From Fimicolochytrium jonesii (lineage: Eukaryota), in contig NW_026515673.1 in the NCBI RefSeq assembly GCF_025526975.1, positions 992,001-1,056,000 on the forward strand: DNA of 64,000 nucleotides, written 5' to 3'. This document shows, one piece after another, positions 59,621 to 64,000 of this stretch. Position 1 is the first letter of the stretch. Every line of letters begins with the position of its first letter. The position numbers and the translations under genes are program-made. The notes beneath the pieces are model-generated. The model did no database searches and was not told the origin of the DNA. It was given only the letters and a program-made list of their open reading frames with translations.

Positions 59621-62600
59621 CTACATCCCGAACCGAATAGCAGGCTGCTGCGCCGCGCGCTGCTGCTGCGGGGGCGGCTGCAAGCCCGCGAACGGCAGCT
59701 GCTGGTTGCTCGGCGGGGGCGGCTGCATGGTCGGTCTGTACTGCTGCTGCTGGTGGTGTTGTTGTTGCGGCGGCGGTGGGGGTTGCATGTACTGCTGTTG
59801 TTGCTGGTGTTGCTGCTGCGGGGGTCCGGGTTGGTACTGTTGTTGTTGATGGTGTTGCGGGGGAGGCGGTTGCGCGTACTGCTGCTGTTGTTGTTGTTGT
59901 TGTTGGGTAGGTGGAGGAGGCGCCGTCCCGGGTCTGTTCATCGGCGGCGGGGGCAACTGCGCCGCACCGGGGGGCGGTGGACCGACACCCAACGGCGGAG
60001 GCGGCAAGCCCTGTTGTTGTTGCTGGGTCGGGGGTGGTCCATATCCCTGCTGGGGACCGCCAAACCCGGCTGGCTGTACAGGCCCACCGGGGTTAGGGCT
60101 ATTGACAGCGGCCGGCCCGAGGTGCGCCCGCTCGGCGGCGTCGATGAGGCGCTTGACGACGAGCAGCCATTTGGAGGTGACTTCGTACCGCGTGGTCATG
60201 AGGTCGACTTGGATGTTGGTTGCGGTGGGGTAGGCGTGCGCGTCCAGGGCTGATATAGAGAACATGCGAGGCGTAAGCACCCTTGATTTGCATGTGAAAG
60301 GGAACAGTGATTATGGGACGCACCTTTAACCAACTCAATCATCTTCCCCACCACATCCGCCGGCACCTCCTCCGCATTCAACTGATCATACAAGATATTG
60401 ATCTTCTTTTCCGAATCATCGTACACCCGTTTCTGTTGAGGCTGTTTCCCAAGAAATGAAAAAAAAAACCATTACCACCCATCAAGCTATGATATGTATG
60501 ACGCGGGAGAGAGAGAGACGCGGAACTTACAGCAGTAGAAGCGCCCTTCAAAATACCCATGTACTTCTGCAACCCGTCATAAAGCGGTTTATGCGCCGCA
60601 GGGATATGCGAGCGATCACCCGGTGCTGCTCATTTTCAATCAACATCCTCATCTCCCCATTCGCCCCCCGCCCCCCCAACCAAATTGACTCTCAAAAGTG
60701 ACTTACGAAACTTGGGCTGAGGCGTCCCACTCCCCCTCCGCACACTCGCCACCGAAGTCGACCTCTGCACCGGCGGGTGCTGTTGTCCCTGCCCCACACC
60801 CTGTCCCCCATTAACAAACGGCGACAGATAGTTCGTCGCCTGCTGTGACCCGGCGAGCGTTGGGGGCGGGGAGAGCATTCCTGACGGCGGGGGTTGCTGT
60901 TGTTGCTGTTGCTGTTGCTGGTATCCCGCGGGCTGTTGTTGCCACGAGCTGGGGGTGGACCCAGCGGCAGGCGGCGGGGCGATGACAGAGGCGGGTTTGA
61001 CGCCGAGCCGGCCGGTGAGGGGTACGAAGGGGGGGTCGTTGAAATGTGTCGTCGGCGCTGTCAATTATTCCCAAAACCAAAAAAAAAAAAATCAGGAAAA
61101 TCTCGTCCACGTCACAAAACCATTTGCACCCCGATGATTTATTCTTTGGGTGTGTGTGAGAACTCACCAACATTCTGCGTACTCTGGAAACTCGGGCCCA
61201 ACCCATCCCCACCCATCGGCGGCGGCGGCGGCGCACCAACATTCCCGTACAGATTACTCTGCGAGTTGCTCTGCGAGTTTTGCTGGTAGTACCCCGTTTG
61301 CTGGTTCACGGGGTTGCCGTACTGATCATATTGCGACACCGCTTGTTGCGTGTACCCACCACCCCCGCCGAATTGGCTTTGGGTCGGCTGGTGGGCGTAG
61401 GTTGATTGGGGTTGCTGGGTGTACCCACCGGAAGCCGTCGCAGGTGTGTAGGTATTGATCTGCGGTTGTTGTTGACCAGCGCTCGCTCCCCACTGGGACT
61501 GAACCGGGGCTGCAGCTGTCGCGGGTTGGTTGTAATACCCCTGATACCCGCCCTGCTGCTGCGGGTACGCGGTCTGATACTGGTGGTGGTGCTGCTGATA
61601 CGCCTGCCCGTGCTGTTGCTGTTGTTGCTGCTGAGCAGCAGCGCCCCCAACCTCCTGCAAAAGGAACGGAAACCCCGGAACCTGCGCAACCTGCCTCCGC
61701 ACCCCTCCGCTCCTATACACCCGGTCCCTCAACACCGCGATCGCGTCCTCAGACCCACTGTGTTTCGTATCCCTCGGACTCCATCTGAAACTCGCCGGGA
61801 TAAGCTCCAGGATCGACCACGCGAGGTCGAGCTTGCCCTGTCCCGCGACCGACTCAGCGTACTCCGCGTACCGATCGTACAGAGACTCCAGGTCGAAGAT
61901 CCCCGTGGGCGCTTGGTTTTGGTTCGCGAGGTCAGGGTCGATGAACCCGATAGCTTTGCGGAACACGGTGACCTTCTCAATCAGGGATTGGAGAGCGACG
62001 ACGTGGGAGGTGTAGGCCGTGACCTCTTTCCGTTCCCGGGCCCCGGCGCCCTGGAGCAATTTGTGCTCCTCCTCGACCTCACGGGAGGACCACACATCGA
62101 CGACTTTATGTAGATCCCCCGCGGCGATGTAACACAGCACCGCGGCGAATTTCTTGTTTTCCTTGGGTCCCTGTTTGATTGCGTCGGGGGTGTTGGGGCT
62201 CTGTTCCAATCTTCGGCCGAGGGCGGAGAAGAGCTGTGCCGCGTCCTCCGGTTTCGCGTACGTGCAGATCAGCGCGAGGATATCCTTCCAACCCCCCTCG
62301 CGGCCGTCCAGGTGTCCGTTCTCGACGACATCTTGCAGATCGCCGTCGACAACGGATTGGAGGACGCGGACGTAGGTTTTATCTTTCTGGCGGCGGAAGT
62401 ATTCCTGTTGGGTACGGAGGAGGAGATCCGGGCCGCCGGAGACGGCGAGGAGCATCGCGTCGGCGAGACGGTTGGCGCCGAGTGCGATGTCGACGGCTGT
62501 CTCAAAGTCGCCGAGAATGAGGGCCTTTGTGAGGAGGATCTCGACGTCGGATTCCGGGCCTGGTTTGGTGGGGTAGAGGGAGAAGGGGTCGTGGCGGCGT

Positions 62601-64000
62601 TCACGGGCTGGTGGGGGGGCGGGGTGCTCGGGGGCGGCTGTGTCGGGTTGGGGGATGTCGGGGAACTCGACTTGAGATGCCCCAAACAATTTGTTGAGGC
62701 CGTTCAGCTGAGCGGGGTCGTTGGTAGGTACCGCACCCGCAGGCCCCTGTCCCGCAATCGACTGTTTCCGTCCCGCATCCGCTGCTCCGCCGCGTGCCTC
62801 CTCCTTAGTCGTAGCAGACGCTTTCAACTTCTGCAACAACCCACTCAACCTTGGCCCACCGATATTGCTGCGGTTCAAACCGAGGTACTCAACAACCTGG
62901 TCCCTCGCCCCGCTTTCGAGCATAACCTTCATAAACTTCCACATCTCGCGGTCCGCTTCATTGACGGCATCGCCTTCATCATTCGCAAGCGCTCGTCGTT
63001 CGCAAAAGATCTTGTACGACTCCATCTGATCGTCTGCGAGCACCGCTTCAAGTTCCGCGACACGGTGCGCAAAGGCGGATTCGGTTGCGACGGTTCGGAA
63101 GGACACTCCGCGGGACTGGGGGTCGAAACTGACGAGTTTGCCACCGAACCCGAAAGTGGCTCCTACGGGTCTGCGGAGCCATTTAGGCGGTTGACGCAAC
63201 GCGAACGTGGATGGAACGTACGCCTGAGGCGGGTTCAAGTTCTGCGGCGCAAACGGGTCGTCGCTGTGGACCTGATGAACAGGACTAGGAGGCAATTCCG
63301 GCTCTTCGCTTCCCGAGGACTGAAGAGAGTGCACAGAGACGGCGCCGTCGAAGCTGGAGACGGCGACGAGGTCTGGGTTCTTGGGACACCATTGCACGTC
63401 GAAGGACCAGTTGTTTGTGCGGGCGAGTTCTCCAATTAGCTCACCGGTGTTGGGGTTCCAGGCTAGTGTGGTGTTGTCTTTGCCGCAGGAGAGGAGCAGA
63501 TCGGAGTCTTTTGGGCACCAGGCCAGGGACAGGATTCCTTTGGTGTGACCGTGCATTCCCTAGTATCGCAAATCATGTGAGACCTCTGAGTCTATTGCTC
63601 TGAAAGTGCTGGACGTACCATTTGCGGTGCAGCTGCATTTCTGAGATCCCATACCAGCACCGTAGGAACGCTGTCGTCGTCCGAGGCAGTGATGAGTTGG
63701 GTGGCCTGGAATAGGAAAATGCGTGTGAGATTTGGAACTGAAACCGCAAGATACCAGAATCCCACGAGTGGTACATACCACAGACGGATTCCAAGCAACA
63801 GCAGTGATAGGTTTCCTCCCACCAGGGTGCCCCAACGTAAACAATTCCCTCTTTGTCCTGAGATCCCACAGCACGGTGTTTCCATTGTTGCTGCCAGTTC
63901 CGAGAATGTATGCGACCTGCTGGTTCCATGCGAGCGTTGTGATGTCTTCTAAACGTTGAGATCGCGTGCCGGGCGTGTAGGGGGTTTGTGGATTCGTCAA
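59621..64000 (-). CDS. SEC31: COPII coat protein Sec31 (5' part outside the window), multi-exon
   Basis: WD40 segments (LAWNQQVAYILGTG, GHTKGILSLAWCPKDSDLLLSCGKD, AVSSFDG), PPKWLRRPVGATFGFGGKLV, ACE1 helices (RLADAMLLA), Pro-rich region, C-terminal DSEKKINILYDQLN...WLLVVKRLI. Confidence 0.96.

Overview
Gene-dense, intron-containing, GC-rich eukaryotic nuclear DNA. The gene set and GT-AG introns with CTRAY branch sites indicate a fungus; an early-diverging lineage such as a chytrid is inferred from the Integrator subunit and the overall style, not proven. I reconstructed about 24 gene models by hand: calmodulin, mitochondrial IGR/Fyv4 protein, a degraded HExxH gene, a mitochondrial RRM protein, ferric reductase, INTS7, a large PPR protein, a Pro-rich membrane protein, synaptobrevin, a THUMP protein, a TLC-like membrane protein, a 94-aa-repeat apolipophorin-like protein, RFC4, an EamA/DMT transporter, TMA7, mitochondrial uL15, SWF1, GET1, an aryl-alcohol dehydrogenase, a promethin-like protein, DNMT5, a GPI-type DUF4097 protein, an arrestin-like protein and the 3' part of SEC31. 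Best leads: (1) a DNMT5 methyltransferase-SNF2 fusion whose cage-intact chromodomain lies inside the SNF2 ATPase between Walker A and Walker B, not at the N-terminus; (2) a GCGAGCG(A/G)AGCGAGC-core sequence family in four long introns of unrelated genes, always in sense orientation; (3) alternating C-rich and G-rich blocks through coding DNA; (4) an exact 282-nt tandem coding repeat. No tRNA, rRNA, CRISPR array or autonomous transposon was recognised. All splice models are manual predictions.
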